IMG/VR virus record: IMGVR_UViG_2823592041_000002
Coordinates: 72,880 to 136,879 of that record
Length of the DNA stretch: 64,000 bases
DNA from: a virus
Lineage: Duplodnaviria; Caudoviricetes
Strand: one strand, 5' to 3'
Both the position numbers and the translations under genes were made by a program. Positions 1-10,494 of this stretch are shown here, in pieces. The notes beneath the pieces were generated by a model, which saw only the letters and a program-made list of their open reading frames with translations, was not told where the DNA came from and did no database searches. The stretch's first letter is position 1; each line of letters opens with the position of its first letter.

Positions 1-279
1 ACCCTACAATTGGAGGCAACATCTAAAAAAGTTGAAGATGTATATTCTCTAATTGTTGAGTCTGTTGAAAAAAATAGAGATAAGAAACTATATTTTGAAT
101 CTGATGACAGTTCTTTTGTTATAGACCCTAAAGTGTCTAAAATTATTAAAACTGTATACGAAAGTTTAAACAGAGATAATAGAAGAATTATGAGGGATAA
201 GTTGAATGAAAATTTATCATCCTTCTGTAAAGTACTATCTTTTTCTATATGTAAATTGGGGAAGGTAGAAGAGAGTTAA
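1..279 (+). CDS. Hypothetical head-region protein (possible prohead core protein), 5'-truncated by the window edge
   Basis: Frame is open from position 1 (acc cta caa ttg...); lies directly upstream of gp21, where T4-like phages have core proteins. Confidence 0.45.
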   Translation, partial: TLQLEATSKKVEDVYSLIVESVEKNRDKKLYFESDDSSFVIDPKVSKIIKTVYESLNRDNRRIMRDKLNENLSSFCKVLSFSICKLGKVEES

Positions 280-280
280 G

Positions 281-931
281 ATGAAACTGATAAAAGAGTT
301 GATAGAAGAAGAAAACCTTCAATTCATTACCGAAGAAAAAGACGGTGAGAAAAGATATTACATTGAAGGTGTTTTTATGCAAGCAGATGTTAAAAACAAA
401 AATGGTCGAGTTTATGGTTCGAACATGCTTGCTGAAAAGGTTGAAGAGTATTCCAAAAACTTCATAGAAAAAAATAGAGCATATGGAGAACTCGGTCATC
501 CATCAAACCCTTCTATTAATCTAGAGAGAGTTTCACATAGGATTATTTCATTAAGGAGAGATGGTTCAAACTTTGTAGGTAAGGCTCAAGTATCAAGTAC
601 CCCTTATGGTAACATCGTCAAAGGTCTTCTTGAAGACGGTGGAAAACTTGGTGTCTCATCTAGAGGTCTAGGATCATTAATGAAGGAAGATGGGATATTG
701 AAAGTCCAGAGTGACTTTTTAATCGTCACCCCTGCTGATATCGTAGCAGACCCATCTGCACCTGATGCTTTCGTTGAAGGTATTATGGAAGGTCGAGAAT
801 GGGTGTGGGATAACGGTATCATTCGTGAGAAAACTGTAGAAGATTATAAACAAGTTGTCGAGAAGACTTCATCAAAAGATTTGAAGATGGTGAAGTTGAA
901 ATTGTTTGAAGATTTTCTTTCGAAACTGTAA
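281..931 (+). CDS. gp21: Prohead core protease (T4 gp21-like)
   Basis: IEGVFMQA..KNKNGRVY, GELGHP (catalytic His), GVSSRGLGSL (catalytic Ser), DIVADPSAPDAFV; synteny with gp22/gp23. Confidence 0.96.
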   Translation: MKLIKELIEEENLQFITEEKDGEKRYYIEGVFMQADVKNKNGRVYGSNMLAEKVEEYSKNFIEKNRAYGELGHPSNPSINLERVSHRIISLRRDGSNFVGKAQVSSTPYGNIVKGLLEDGGKLGVSSRGLGSLMKEDGILKVQSDFLIVTPADIVADPSAPDAFVEGIMEGREWVWDNGIIREKTVEDYKQVVEKTSSKDLKMVKLKLFEDFLSKL

Positions 932-942
932 ATATTAATTAT

Positions 943-950
943 TATAAATA
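943..950 (+). promoter_or_regulatory. T4-type late promoter (TATAAATA) for gp22
   Basis: Exact TATAAATA in the intergenic gap; gp55 is encoded in the window. Confidence 0.8.
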
Positions 951-987
951 AGATATAATGAATGGAATACATTTAGGAGTATTAAAA

Positions 988-2109
988 ATGTCAGAAAAAA
1001 GTGAAATTTTAAATGAAGAAGAAAATATTGAAATTTCGGAAGAAACTACTGAAGAAACTGAAACTGCCGAGACTACAGAAACTGAAACTGAAACTGAAAC
1101 TGTAGAAGAAGTTACTGAAGTTGCTGAAGTTGAAATTTCCGAATTAGAAGAAGAAACTACTGAAACAGAAGTTGAAGAAACTGGTGCTGTATTGGAGAAT
1201 CTTCTAGAAACTTTACCAACTTCAAAATCAGGTATGGTTCAAACTATTAATTCCATGTTAGCAGAAATGACAAAAGATGAGTTACAATTTAAAGTAAAAC
1301 ATTTGGTTGAAGTTTTAACTGCTACTGAAAAAGAAATTCTTGAAAGAGAAGGTGGATTGAACTTAACTGATATTGAATTATCTGACGATGTAAATCAACT
1401 TTTCGAAGGTGAAGAGTTTGATGTAAACTTTCGAAGAAAAGCAACTTTGTTATTCGAAACTGCTGTTGCTAAAAGAGTTGAAGAAGTTCAAGGTAATATC
1501 GAAGAAAACTTCAAACAAGATATGGAAGAACAAGTGCTTGACTATAAAGAGAAGTTATCAGAAGCCGTTGATAAACTTTTGAATGCTTCTATTGAAGATT
1601 GGCAAGATGATAATAAACTTGCTATTCATTCAGGGTTGAAATCGGAAATTACCGAAGAGTTTATGAGTGGTCTGAAAACTCTTTTCAAGGAAAATTATAT
1701 TGATATTCCTGAAGATAAAGAGAATGAGTATGTGAATCTAAAAGAGATTCATGACAACACATCAATCAAGTTGAATGACGAAATTGAAAAAAATATCGAA
1801 CTGAAGTCAACTATCCATGAACAGAAAAGAGAAATTTTGTTCTGGGAAAACACTCAAGATTTAACGACAGTTGAACGAGAGAAACTGCAAAAACTTGCAG
1901 AAAAAATTGAATTTGATAATGATGAGGAATATGTTGAAGGGTTGGAGACAATCCGAAAATGTTATTTTTCAGAAAAGGAAGAATCAACTACTGAAGAAAA
2001 TACTGAAATTGAAGAAGTTGAAACTCTTCAAGTAGTAGCTGAAACTACTGAAAAACCTAAAACTAAAATTGAAAGATACGCCCAAGACCTTGGGAAGTAT
2101 TGGAAATAA
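988..2109 (+). CDS. gp22: Prohead core scaffold protein (T4 gp22-like)
   Basis: Very acidic coiled-coil between gp21 and gp23; FETAV, W..DNKLAI..GLKSEITEEFM.GLK.LF.ENYIDIPE; start moved to ATG 988 after AGGAG. Confidence 0.9.
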   Translation: MSEKSEILNEEENIEISEETTEETETAETTETETETETVEEVTEVAEVEISELEEETTETEVEETGAVLENLLETLPTSKSGMVQTINSMLAEMTKDELQFKVKHLVEVLTATEKEILEREGGLNLTDIELSDDVNQLFEGEEFDVNFRRKATLLFETAVAKRVEEVQGNIEENFKQDMEEQVLDYKEKLSEAVDKLLNASIEDWQDDNKLAIHSGLKSEITEEFMSGLKTLFKENYIDIPEDKENEYVNLKEIHDNTSIKLNDEIEKNIELKSTIHEQKREILFWENTQDLTTVEREKLQKLAEKIEFDNDEEYVEGLETIRKCYFSEKEESTTEENTEIEEVETLQVVAETTEKPKTKIERYAQDLGKYWK

Positions 2110-2129
2110 TAATTGTAAAAAACAAATAA

Positions 2130-2137
2130 TATAAATA
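2130..2137 (+). promoter_or_regulatory. T4-type late promoter for gp23
   Basis: Exact TATAAATA upstream of the major capsid gene. Confidence 0.85.
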
Positions 2138-2208
2138 TATTTGTGATGAACCAAGTGTAACTAAGATGTTAGATTCTGACAATCTATACGGAAAAGGAGA
2201 AAATTAAA

Positions 2209-3480
2209 ATGAGTTACGAAGATTTGTTGAAAAAGTGGGAACCTGTTCTTGAGCACCCTGAGTTTGCTGAGATTAAGGATCCTTACAAAAAGAAAGTCAC
2301 AGCAATCCTTTTAGAGAATCAGGATCGTGATATGGAAGAAGCTAAGAATGGCGGATATGGTTCTCTTAATGAAACTACTAACGTTATCGGAAACGGTAAT
2401 GCTAATGTAAAAACTTTTGACCCAGTTCTTATCTCTATGATTAGACGAAGTATGCCAAATTTGATTGCTTTTGATGTAATGGGTGTTCAACCTATGAACG
2501 GACCTTCTGGGCTTATCTTCGCAATGAAGAGTCATTACGATAGTCAAACTGGAACTGAAGCTCTTCATGATGAAGCTAATACTGGTTTTTCTGGTGACGC
2601 AACTGCTAATGGTGCTGCTAGTCCTTTTGATGCTGCGTATGCTGCTGGTTCTGGTATTGCAACTGCTGATGCTGAACTTTTAGGTTCTGGTGCTGCTGGT
2701 GCTGGTGATTTTGCTGAAATGGCAATGTCCATTGATAAGGTATCTGTAACTGCAAAGTCCAGAGCTCTTAAAGCAGAATACACTATGGAATTAGCACAAG
2801 ACTTGAAAGCAATTCATAATCTTGATGCTGAATCTGAGTTAGCAAACATTCTTTCTTCTGAAATTATGGCTGAAATTAACCGTGAAATGATTAGAAAGAT
2901 TAATTTGACTGCTTCCGCTGGTGCTGCTGACACTCAAACACCTGGAACTTTTGATTTAGACTTAGATTCCAGTGGTCGATGGTCTGTTGAAAAGTTCAAA
3001 GGGCTTTTATTCCAAATCGAACGAGATGCTAATGCTATTGCTAAGGCTACTCGACGAGGTAAGGGTAATGTTCTTATCTGTTCCTCTGATGTTGCTTCTG
3101 CTCTTCAGATGGCAGGTGTTCTAGATTATAATCCTGCACTCCAGAATAGTTTACAAGTTGATGATACTGGTAGTACTTTCGCAGGTATATTGAATGGTCG
3201 GTATAAAGTTTATATTGACCCTTATGTATCTGGTGTTGAATATTACACTTTAGGGTACAAAGGTTCCAGTGCTTATGATGCTGGATTATTCTACTGTCCA
3301 TATGTTCCACTACAAATGGTTCGAGCAATGGGGGAAAACACTTTCCAACCAAAAATCGGTTTTAAAACTCGATATGGTTTGGTAGCTAACCCATTCGCAA
3401 CCTCTGCTGGAGATGGTGACGTTGCTAGTAACAAAAAGAACAGTTACTACAGAGCTGTTAAAGTAGATAACTTATTATAA
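2209..3480 (+). CDS. gp23: Major capsid protein (T4 gp23-like)
   Basis: KKWEPVLEH, RRSMPNLIAFD, GVQPMNGPSGLIFAM, KSRALKAEYTMELAQDLKAIH, YCPYVPLQM, FQPKIGFKTRYG. Confidence 0.99.
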   Translation: MSYEDLLKKWEPVLEHPEFAEIKDPYKKKVTAILLENQDRDMEEAKNGGYGSLNETTNVIGNGNANVKTFDPVLISMIRRSMPNLIAFDVMGVQPMNGPSGLIFAMKSHYDSQTGTEALHDEANTGFSGDATANGAASPFDAAYAAGSGIATADAELLGSGAAGAGDFAEMAMSIDKVSVTAKSRALKAEYTMELAQDLKAIHNLDAESELANILSSEIMAEINREMIRKINLTASAGAADTQTPGTFDLDLDSSGRWSVEKFKGLLFQIERDANAIAKATRRGKGNVLICSSDVASALQMAGVLDYNPALQNSLQVDDTGSTFAGILNGRYKVYIDPYVSGVEYYTLGYKGSSAYDAGLFYCPYVPLQMVRAMGENTFQPKIGFKTRYGLVANPFATSAGDGDVASNKKNSYYRAVKVDNLL

Positions 3481-3500
3481 TATTATAATGTAGTATAAAT

Positions 3501-3532
3501 AAAAAAACCCTCTTTTCGGAGAGGGTTTTTTT
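3501..3532 (+). terminator. Rho-independent terminator after gp23
   Basis: AAAAAAACCCTCT-TTTCGG-AGAGGGTTTTTTT hairpin plus U-tract. Confidence 0.9.
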
Positions 3533-3537
3533 GCTAT

Positions 3538-3545
3538 TATAAATA
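3538..3545 (+). promoter_or_regulatory. T4-type late promoter for gp3
   Basis: Exact TATAAATA. Confidence 0.75.
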
Positions 3546-3562
3546 TAATAGAGGATTATATT

Positions 3563-4057
3563 ATGAGCTATATTGATAGACAACCAGTTGATAGAAATTT
3601 TCTATCTAAAGATAATTTCACTGCTGTATTTTCTAATTTTCCAAGTATGGAGTATTTTATTCAATCTTTTGAATTTCCAGGAGTAAATGTTCCAACACTA
3701 AAACAACCATCATATTTGAAAGGCGTTGATGTACATGGTTCACATATTGAGTATGATGATTTATCAATTAGTTTTGCAATCAATGAAGACTTCTCAAATT
3801 ACCGAGAAATATATGATTGGTTGGTTAAAACCGGAACACCTCAAAAATTAGAAGACTATCAATCACCAGATGATTTGGATCATTGTACACTAATGATTAC
3901 ATCTAATAATAAAAATACCACTTTGAAAGTCAGATTTGATAAAATATTCCCTATAGGACTTTCTTCTTTCACATTTGATACAACTTCAGAACATGATATA
4001 GTCGTCGCAACAGCAACTTTTAAGTTTAACTCAATGACATTTGACGCAAATATTTAA
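3563..4057 (+). CDS. gp3: Tail completion / tail tube terminator protein (T4 gp3-like)
   Basis: NFLS...F, YF.QS..FPGV, L.ISF.INED..NY.EIYDWL, FP..LS...FD, ATATFKF; position after gp23 as in marine T4-likes. Confidence 0.8.
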   Translation: MSYIDRQPVDRNFLSKDNFTAVFSNFPSMEYFIQSFEFPGVNVPTLKQPSYLKGVDVHGSHIEYDDLSISFAINEDFSNYREIYDWLVKTGTPQKLEDYQSPDDLDHCTLMITSNNKNTTLKVRFDKIFPIGLSSFTFDTTSEHDIVVATATFKFNSMTFDANI

Positions 4058-4067
4058 AGGAGTCTCT

Positions 4068-4517
4068 ATGCGAGAATCTATTTCATTAGAAGAAATAGAA
4101 AAAATGTGGGAGACTGATAGAAAGATGTTCCGTGATAAATTATCAGAACATAATCTTGACATCCCAAATCTACACGGTAGGTATATGACAATATATAATA
4201 CCGAAAGAATATTCAGAAAAACTCTTGACCTAAAAAAGAGAAGGCTTTACATGACACTGAGGTCATACTTTTCTGGTACTCTTGATAAAATGACTTTAGA
4301 CAAACACGGTTGGATTCCATATGGTGTTAAAGTTCTTAAATCAGATTTAGATATACACATAGAATCTCACGAATCTTTTTGTGATATCGAAAAGCAGGTT
4401 GAAGTGTCTAATATAAAAATCAATCTACTTGAACAAATTTTACGACTCATTATGAACAGAGGATTTCAAATCAAAAACGAAATAGAACTTGTTAAATGGG
4501 AGTCTGGTATTATTTAA
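4068..4517 (+). CDS. uvsY: Recombination mediator UvsY
   Basis: IPNLH..Y, RGFQIKN.IE..K motif; directly upstream of UvsW; start at ATG after AAGGAG. Confidence 0.85.
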   Translation: MRESISLEEIEKMWETDRKMFRDKLSEHNLDIPNLHGRYMTIYNTERIFRKTLDLKKRRLYMTLRSYFSGTLDKMTLDKHGWIPYGVKVLKSDLDIHIESHESFCDIEKQVEVSNIKINLLEQILRLIMNRGFQIKNEIELVKWESGII

Positions 4518-4520
4518 TAT

Positions 4521-6002
4521 ATGGAAATTGTAAAAATCAGAAAAATTAATGAAACATTCATGAAGATAGTGGCTGACCAAGGTGTTATGCGTGATATCTC
4601 TGAACATTTCACTTTCTTTGCTGATAATTACAAATTCATGCAACGATACAAGATAGGTATGTGGGATGGTAAAATACGACTTCTCAATATACTCACAGGA
4701 AAAATATATGTGGGTTTATTGCCTAGAGTATTGGAAGTCTGTGAGAACCTAAACTATAAAGTTGTCTTTGAGGATGTTGATGATTTTTCCCCAAACATTG
4801 TAACAATATCTGATTTGGAGGGTTGGGTCAAAACACTGAACTTACCCTTCCCGCCAAGAGATTATCAAATGAGTTCTCTTCATGATATGGTCACACGTAA
4901 AAGAATGGTTGTATTAAGTCCGACTGGTTCTGGTAAGTCACTTATTATTTATATGTTCATTCAATGGTTTCTTTCTGAATACCCTAATGAAAAACTTATG
5001 TTGGTAGTTCCAAATGTAAGTCTCGTTCATCAAATGTATCAAGATTTCGAAGAATATTCAAGTAAAAATTCTTGGGATGTAGAAAAATATTGTCAGAAAG
5101 TGTATTCAGGACAAGATAAAAACTTTCAATCCAGTGTTATTATAACCACTTGGCAATCAGTATACAAGTTGAGACCAGTAAAATTTGCACCATTCAAAGC
5201 AGTTATATCAGATGAATGTCATTTAGCCAAAGCAACATCCCTCATTGCAATCCTTGAGAAGATGAAAAATGCTGAGTATCGATTTGGTACAACTGGGACT
5301 TTGGATGATATTAATTTGAACGAATTGACTTTGTGTGGGTTGTTTGGGGATGTTAAGAGACATGTTACAACGAAAACTCTGATAGATAGTAACCACCTTT
5401 CCTCCTTCAGAATAAAGTATATCACTCTTAAATACCCTGAAAACGAGTGTAAAGAAGTTTGTAAAATGGATTACGTTGATGAGATTAATTATATACTGGA
5501 TCACGAAAAAAGAAATAAATTTATAAAAAATTTGTGTAAACACTTGCCTGGCAATACCTTAATATTATATACTTATGTTGAGAAGCATGGAAGTGTTTTA
5601 TCAGATATATTAGAAGATATTGAAGGTAAAGAAGTGTTTTTTATTCATGGTGGTATCAATGCCAGTATACGAGAAGATATCAGAAATGATGTTGAAGGTA
5701 AGGATAATTGCCTGATTGTAGCATCCTATGGAACTTTTTCAACGGGGGTTAATATAAAAAATCTACATAATGTTATTTTTGCCTCCCCGACGAAATCAAA
5801 AGTTCGGTCACTTCAATCTATTGGTAGAGGGTTGAGGCTTGGAGATAATAAAGATGGTTGTATCTTATTTGATATCTGTGACAACTTCTGTACAAAGAAA
5901 AAGTCAAATTATATGGTCAAACATGGTAATGAAAGATTAAAAATTTATTACAAAGAGAACTTTGATATTGAAATGGTCAACGTCAAGTTCACCGAGAAAT
6001 AA
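4521..6002 (+). CDS. uvsW: UvsW RNA-DNA/DNA helicase (SF2)
   Basis: WDGKIRL, PRDYQ, SPTGSGKS, DECH, TGT, QSIGRGLR. Confidence 0.96.
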   Translation: MEIVKIRKINETFMKIVADQGVMRDISEHFTFFADNYKFMQRYKIGMWDGKIRLLNILTGKIYVGLLPRVLEVCENLNYKVVFEDVDDFSPNIVTISDLEGWVKTLNLPFPPRDYQMSSLHDMVTRKRMVVLSPTGSGKSLIIYMFIQWFLSEYPNEKLMLVVPNVSLVHQMYQDFEEYSSKNSWDVEKYCQKVYSGQDKNFQSSVIITTWQSVYKLRPVKFAPFKAVISDECHLAKATSLIAILEKMKNAEYRFGTTGTLDDINLNELTLCGLFGDVKRHVTTKTLIDSNHLSSFRIKYITLKYPENECKEVCKMDYVDEINYILDHEKRNKFIKNLCKHLPGNTLILYTYVEKHGSVLSDILEDIEGKEVFFIHGGINASIREDIRNDVEGKDNCLIVASYGTFSTGVNIKNLHNVIFASPTKSKVRSLQSIGRGLRLGDNKDGCILFDICDNFCTKKKSNYMVKHGNERLKIYYKENFDIEMVNVKFTEK

Positions 6003-6027
6003 ATAAATTTTATTTTTAATTTATCTA

Positions 6028-6056
6028 TTGACTTATGTTATATAATATATTATAAT
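6028..6056 (+). promoter_or_regulatory. Sigma70-type early promoter for gp55
   Basis: TTGACT-N17-TATAAT. Confidence 0.75.
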
Positions 6057-6079
6057 ATATATAAAGGAAAAATTATATT

Positions 6080-6664
6080 ATGACTAAAAAAGTAAAACCA
6101 AAAGATAAAGTTCACTACGTAAACAATAAAGAGTTTTATGAAGCAGTGAAAATTCATATTAATCAATGTAAAGTAGCAGAAGAGATGGGTGTTGATTTAC
6201 CAAGGGTTCCAGAGTATGTTGGGGAATGTTTCTTCAAGATTGCTCAAAGGATTGCAACCAAACCAAACTTTACAAACTACACATTTAAAGAAGATATGAT
6301 ACTTGACGGTGTTGAGAACTGTTTGAGGTATATTAGAAACTTCAATCCAGAGAAGAGTAAAAATCCCTTCAGTTATTTCACAACAGTTATTACATATTCA
6401 TTTCTACGTAGAATTGAAAAAGAAAAGAAATACACTTACATCAAATTAAAGGCTATGGAAAATGAACTTCATAGACATGATTCAATTGGAAATCTTAATC
6501 CCTTCGACACTTCAAATTTCTCTGTTGATGGTGAAAACATGTATGACAACTTCTTCCAATTCATAAAGGATTATGAAGAATCCAGAAGAATTAAAAACGA
6601 GAAGAAGAAGAAACCTAAGACTAAAAAAAATAATGATTTGAAATTATTTCTTGACGATAAGTAA
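6080..6664 (+). CDS. gp55: Late-transcription sigma factor (T4 gp55-like)
   Basis: HYVNNKEF, YVGECF.KIA, PNF.NYTFKEDMI.DGVENC, FNPEKSKNPFSYFT, RRIEKEKK. Confidence 0.96.
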   Translation: MTKKVKPKDKVHYVNNKEFYEAVKIHINQCKVAEEMGVDLPRVPEYVGECFFKIAQRIATKPNFTNYTFKEDMILDGVENCLRYIRNFNPEKSKNPFSYFTTVITYSFLRRIEKEKKYTYIKLKAMENELHRHDSIGNLNPFDTSNFSVDGENMYDNFFQFIKDYEESRRIKNEKKKKPKTKKNNDLKLFLDDK

Positions 6665-6678
6665 CCTTGGAGGGTGTA

Positions 6679-6960
6679 ATGAGTATTCGAGAGTATGAAG
6701 GTGTTTTTTATAATTCAGAAGATTTTGATGCAACTGGTAGACCTTATGAAGATGCTGTTCCTATAAGAAAGGAAACTGAAGAAGAAAAGAAAGATAGAAT
6801 TCAGAAGGCACAGATGGCAGATGATACACATAAAGATAAAAAAGATTGTAAAAAATCTGGTTGTAATTGTATGAATGAGTATATATTACTTTTTGCTACT
6901 AATACTCATGAGGGTGTTAAATACGATACCTATGGGTTTGAAATAAAGGATATTTTATAA
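6679..6960 (+). CDS. Hypothetical protein
   Basis: ORF fills the gp55-gp47 gap, GGAGG SD, stop overlaps gp47 start. Confidence 0.6.
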   Translation: MSIREYEGVFYNSEDFDATGRPYEDAVPIRKETEEEKKDRIQKAQMADDTHKDKKDCKKSGCNCMNEYILLFATNTHEGVKYDTYGFEIKDIL

Positions 6961-8018
6961 TGAAATTGGCTTTAATCACCGACACACATTTCGGTGGTAG
7001 AAATGATAGTCAAATTTTCAATGATTATTTCTTCAAGTTCTGGGAGGAAGAGTTTTTCCCAACAGTTCTAAAGAAGAAAATAAAAAAAGTGATTCATCTC
7101 GGTGATATCTTTGATAGAAGGAAATTTGCAAATATTAAAACACTGAACTCTTTTAGGGAAAGATTTATTGAATGGTTTGAAAGGAATGGAGTAGAACTTC
7201 ATATAATTGTGGGAAATCATGATGTCTACTACAAAGATACAAACCGTGTAAACTCCCCAAAAGAAATATTTGGTGATAGGTATAAGAAAGTTAAAATCTA
7301 CGAAGACCCTGAGATAGTTAAGTTCGGTAAAACTAAAATATTATTCTTACCTTGGATCAATAGAGAGAATGGTGAGAAGTCTATGGAGTTGATTAATTCT
7401 AATGAAGCTTCAGTTGTTATGGGTCATCTTGAACTCAATGGTTTTAAGATGTATAAAAACTCTTTTTGTTATCATGGAATGAATCATACGGTTTTCAATA
7501 GCTATGACCTTGTAATGACAGGACATTATCATCATAAATCTACAGTGGGGAATATTGCTTACTTGGGGAGTACTTATGAAATCACTTGGGCTGATTATAA
7601 TGATCCAAGAGGTTATCATATTTTTGATACAAACACTCTTGATTTGGAGTATTATCAAAACCCTCATAAAATATTTCACAAGATTATTTACAATGATAAT
7701 GGCGTTGAAACTCTTGATAAGATAGTAAAGGACTTCAGTTTTTGTAAGAATAGTTATGTCAAGGTTTTAGTTGAGGCAAAGAACAACCCTTATCTTTTTG
7801 ATAAGTTTATTGACTCAATTCAATTACATGAACCTTTTGATTTGTCTATTATTGAAGACTTAAATTTATCCGTTGAAGAAGAGGAGATTGTAAACGAAGC
7901 TGAAGATACTGTCACGACACTTAACAAATATGTCGATGGATTGGATGTAAATGTCAATCTTGATAGATTAAAAGAAGTTCTAATGTCTTTACATAGAGAA
8001 GCAATTGATTTACAATAG
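6960..8018 (+). CDS. gp47: Recombination endonuclease subunit (gp47, Mre11/SbcD-like)
   Basis: DTHFG, LGDIFD, GNHD, GHLE, GHYH metallophosphoesterase motifs. Confidence 0.96.
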   Translation: MKLALITDTHFGGRNDSQIFNDYFFKFWEEEFFPTVLKKKIKKVIHLGDIFDRRKFANIKTLNSFRERFIEWFERNGVELHIIVGNHDVYYKDTNRVNSPKEIFGDRYKKVKIYEDPEIVKFGKTKILFLPWINRENGEKSMELINSNEASVVMGHLELNGFKMYKNSFCYHGMNHTVFNSYDLVMTGHYHHKSTVGNIAYLGSTYEITWADYNDPRGYHIFDTNTLDLEYYQNPHKIFHKIIYNDNGVETLDKIVKDFSFCKNSYVKVLVEAKNNPYLFDKFIDSIQLHEPFDLSIIEDLNLSVEEEEIVNEAEDTVTTLNKYVDGLDVNVNLDRLKEVLMSLHREAIDLQ

Positions 8019-8024
8019 AGTATT

Positions 8025-9734
8025 ATGATAATTTTTACAAAAGTTCGTTACAAAAATTTTCTTTCTACTGGTAATTACTTTAATGAAATAGTTTTGGATA
8101 ACAGTCCTTCAACTTTAGTCATGGGTAAGAATGGTGGAGGGAAGTCAACATTCTTAGATGCTATCTGTTTTGGTTTATTTGGTAAAGCATTCAGAAATAT
8201 CAATAAGAACCAAATGATAAATTCTATAAATGAAAAGGGTACAGTAGTTGAGATTGAATTCTCTATAGGTTCAAAAGAATATATGGTGAGAAGGGGTATC
8301 AAACCCAACATCTTTGAAATATATCTGAACGGTGAGTTTATTAATCAGTCAGCTGATGCTAGAGATTTCCAAAAGAAACTTGAAAAAACTATTCTCAAGA
8401 TGAACTATAAATCTTTCACACAGATAGTCATTTTAGGTTCCTCTAGTTTTACACCCTTTATGAAACTCTCAAGCAATAATAGAAGGGATGTGATTGAAGA
8501 TATTTTGGATATTGATATATTCAGTATTATGAACACACTTCTAAAGGAAAGATCTTCTGTACTTAAAACTGATATGTCACAGAATGATTATGATATTAAG
8601 TCTCTCGAATCTGGTATTGAGATGAAAGAGGAGTACATTGAGAAATTGAAGGGTACTAAACAAGATAGAGTTGAATCAATCAGAAAAAATATTCAAGATT
8701 GTAAGAATACAATATGCGAATTACAGCTCCAAATTGATACAAAGATGGAAGAGATTGAGTTGATAGATGTTGGTGATATTGATAAACTGAATTCTGAACT
8801 TGAAAAAACTGTTGATATTTTCAAGAAAATGAAAAACAATAAAGACAGGCTCAAAAAAGAAAACAAGTTTTTTACGGAGAACAATCATTGTAATACTTGT
8901 CATCAAGATATCGATGAGGAACTTTCATCTGAAATTATATCAAATAATGAGAATAGGATAACAGAATTAGATTCTGCTTTTGTTGAGATACAGAAGATGA
9001 TATCAGGTGTCAAAGATTCAATCAAAGTTGAACAGGATAAAGTTGATACTGTAAATAAAATCAACACGGAAATACTTAATTTGAATCAAGAGATTGGATT
9101 TCAAAATAAGAGTATAGAAAAATATGAGAAAGAGATTGAGTTCCTTAAAAATAAGAATGATATGATTGATGGGGAATATGAATCCCTAAATAAAATGAAA
9201 GAACAAATTCAAGAATCTCAACAAAGTAAAGTTGAATTTTTAGAAAGAAATGAGATCTATAATATATGTAGCGTCTTATTAAAAGATTCTGGTATTAAAA
9301 CTAGAATCATAAAACAATATCTTCCGATTATGAACAAATTAATCAATGGGTATTTGAATGATTTTGATTTCTTTGCTAATTTCAATCTTGACGAAAACTT
9401 CAATGAAGTGATAAAATCAAGACATAGGGATGAATTTTCTTATGATTCATTCTCAGAAGGTGAAAAACAGAGAATAGATTTAGCAATTCTTTTCACATGG
9501 AGAGAAGTAGCTAGAATGAAAAACTCTGTAAACACTAATTTACTAATATTAGATGAGGTATTTGATTCTTCACTTGATGCTGAAGGAACAGAAAACTTTA
9601 TGAAGGTTATGAACACCTTAGAAGGTAAGGGTCTAAACACCTTTGTAATATCACACAAAACAGATTTATTAGCCGATAAATTTGACAAACAAATTAAATT
9701 TGAGAAAATTGGTAACTTCTCTCACAAAAAATAG
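8025..9734 (+). CDS. gp46: Recombination endonuclease ATPase subunit (gp46, Rad50/SbcC-like)
   Basis: KNFLSTGN, GKNGGGKST, CNTC zinc hook, FSEGE signature, LDEVFD. Confidence 0.97.
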   Translation: MIIFTKVRYKNFLSTGNYFNEIVLDNSPSTLVMGKNGGGKSTFLDAICFGLFGKAFRNINKNQMINSINEKGTVVEIEFSIGSKEYMVRRGIKPNIFEIYLNGEFINQSADARDFQKKLEKTILKMNYKSFTQIVILGSSSFTPFMKLSSNNRRDVIEDILDIDIFSIMNTLLKERSSVLKTDMSQNDYDIKSLESGIEMKEEYIEKLKGTKQDRVESIRKNIQDCKNTICELQLQIDTKMEEIELIDVGDIDKLNSELEKTVDIFKKMKNNKDRLKKENKFFTENNHCNTCHQDIDEELSSEIISNNENRITELDSAFVEIQKMISGVKDSIKVEQDKVDTVNKINTEILNLNQEIGFQNKSIEKYEKEIEFLKNKNDMIDGEYESLNKMKEQIQESQQSKVEFLERNEIYNICSVLLKDSGIKTRIIKQYLPIMNKLINGYLNDFDFFANFNLDENFNEVIKSRHRDEFSYDSFSEGEKQRIDLAILFTWREVARMKNSVNTNLLILDEVFDSSLDAEGTENFMKVMNTLEGKGLNTFVISHKTDLLADKFDKQIKFEKIGNFSHKK

Positions 9735-9763
9735 TTGACAAACATTTCAAAATGTGTCATAAT
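9735..9763 (+). promoter_or_regulatory. Sigma70-type promoter for gp45
   Basis: TTGACA-N17-CATAAT. Confidence 0.7.
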
Positions 9764-9796
9764 AGTAGTATGACATTTAACTAGGAGATCTATATT

Positions 9797-10486
9797 ATGA
9801 GTGCAATTTCCGTATCTGAGGATACTTTAAGAACCTTAAAAAACCTTGCCAGTATTAACCAGAGTTTACTTTTCACATCTGGTAATACTTTATCCACCAT
9901 TAACAGTAGTAACAATGTTTTATGTACTGCTCAGATTTCAGAAGATTTACCAGCTGAGTTTGGTATCTATGATCTGAATAATTTGTTGGGTACACTTTCT
10001 TTATTTAACAATCCACAATTGGATATTAATTCAACCGATGGTTACATGACTATTCGTGACGGTGAGAATGCTTCAACTACCGTTAAATACACTTTCGCAA
10101 GTAGGAATTTGATAAAAGTTCCACCAAAAAATCATATCGACTTACCGAGTGAAGATGTTTCATTCACACTCGATGCAGACACCTTAGCTAAACTACAGAA
10201 AGCTAGTTCTGTTATGGGTCTCCAGTACCTATTTGTAAACGGTTCTGGAGGGGTTATTACGGTTGAACTGGGTAAACCTAGTGATGCTAATAGTAATCGT
10301 TTTAGAATCGTTGTAGGGGAAACACCACATGAGTTCTCTTTCATCTTCTTGATGGAGAATATCAAACTTTTGCCAGATGATTATGATGTTGTGATTTCAT
10401 CTCAATGTATCTCACAATTCACATCTGTAAATTCTAACAGAACGTATTGGATATCAACAGAAACTGGTTCTAAATTTAATTCATAA
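9797..10486 (+). CDS. gp45: Sliding clamp (T4 gp45-like)
   Basis: LKNLASINQS, FGIYDLNNLLG, ENIKLLP.DYDV, YWIS.E. Confidence 0.93.
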   Translation: MSAISVSEDTLRTLKNLASINQSLLFTSGNTLSTINSSNNVLCTAQISEDLPAEFGIYDLNNLLGTLSLFNNPQLDINSTDGYMTIRDGENASTTVKYTFASRNLIKVPPKNHIDLPSEDVSFTLDADTLAKLQKASSVMGLQYLFVNGSGGVITVELGKPSDANSNRFRIVVGETPHEFSFIFLMENIKLLPDDYDVVISSQCISQFTSVNSNRTYWISTETGSKFNS

Positions 10487-10494
10487 GGAGTGTT

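Noticed and set aside
1040-1180. GAAACT repeats in gp22
   Set aside because: Low-complexity Glu/Thr coding sequence, usual for scaffold N-termini
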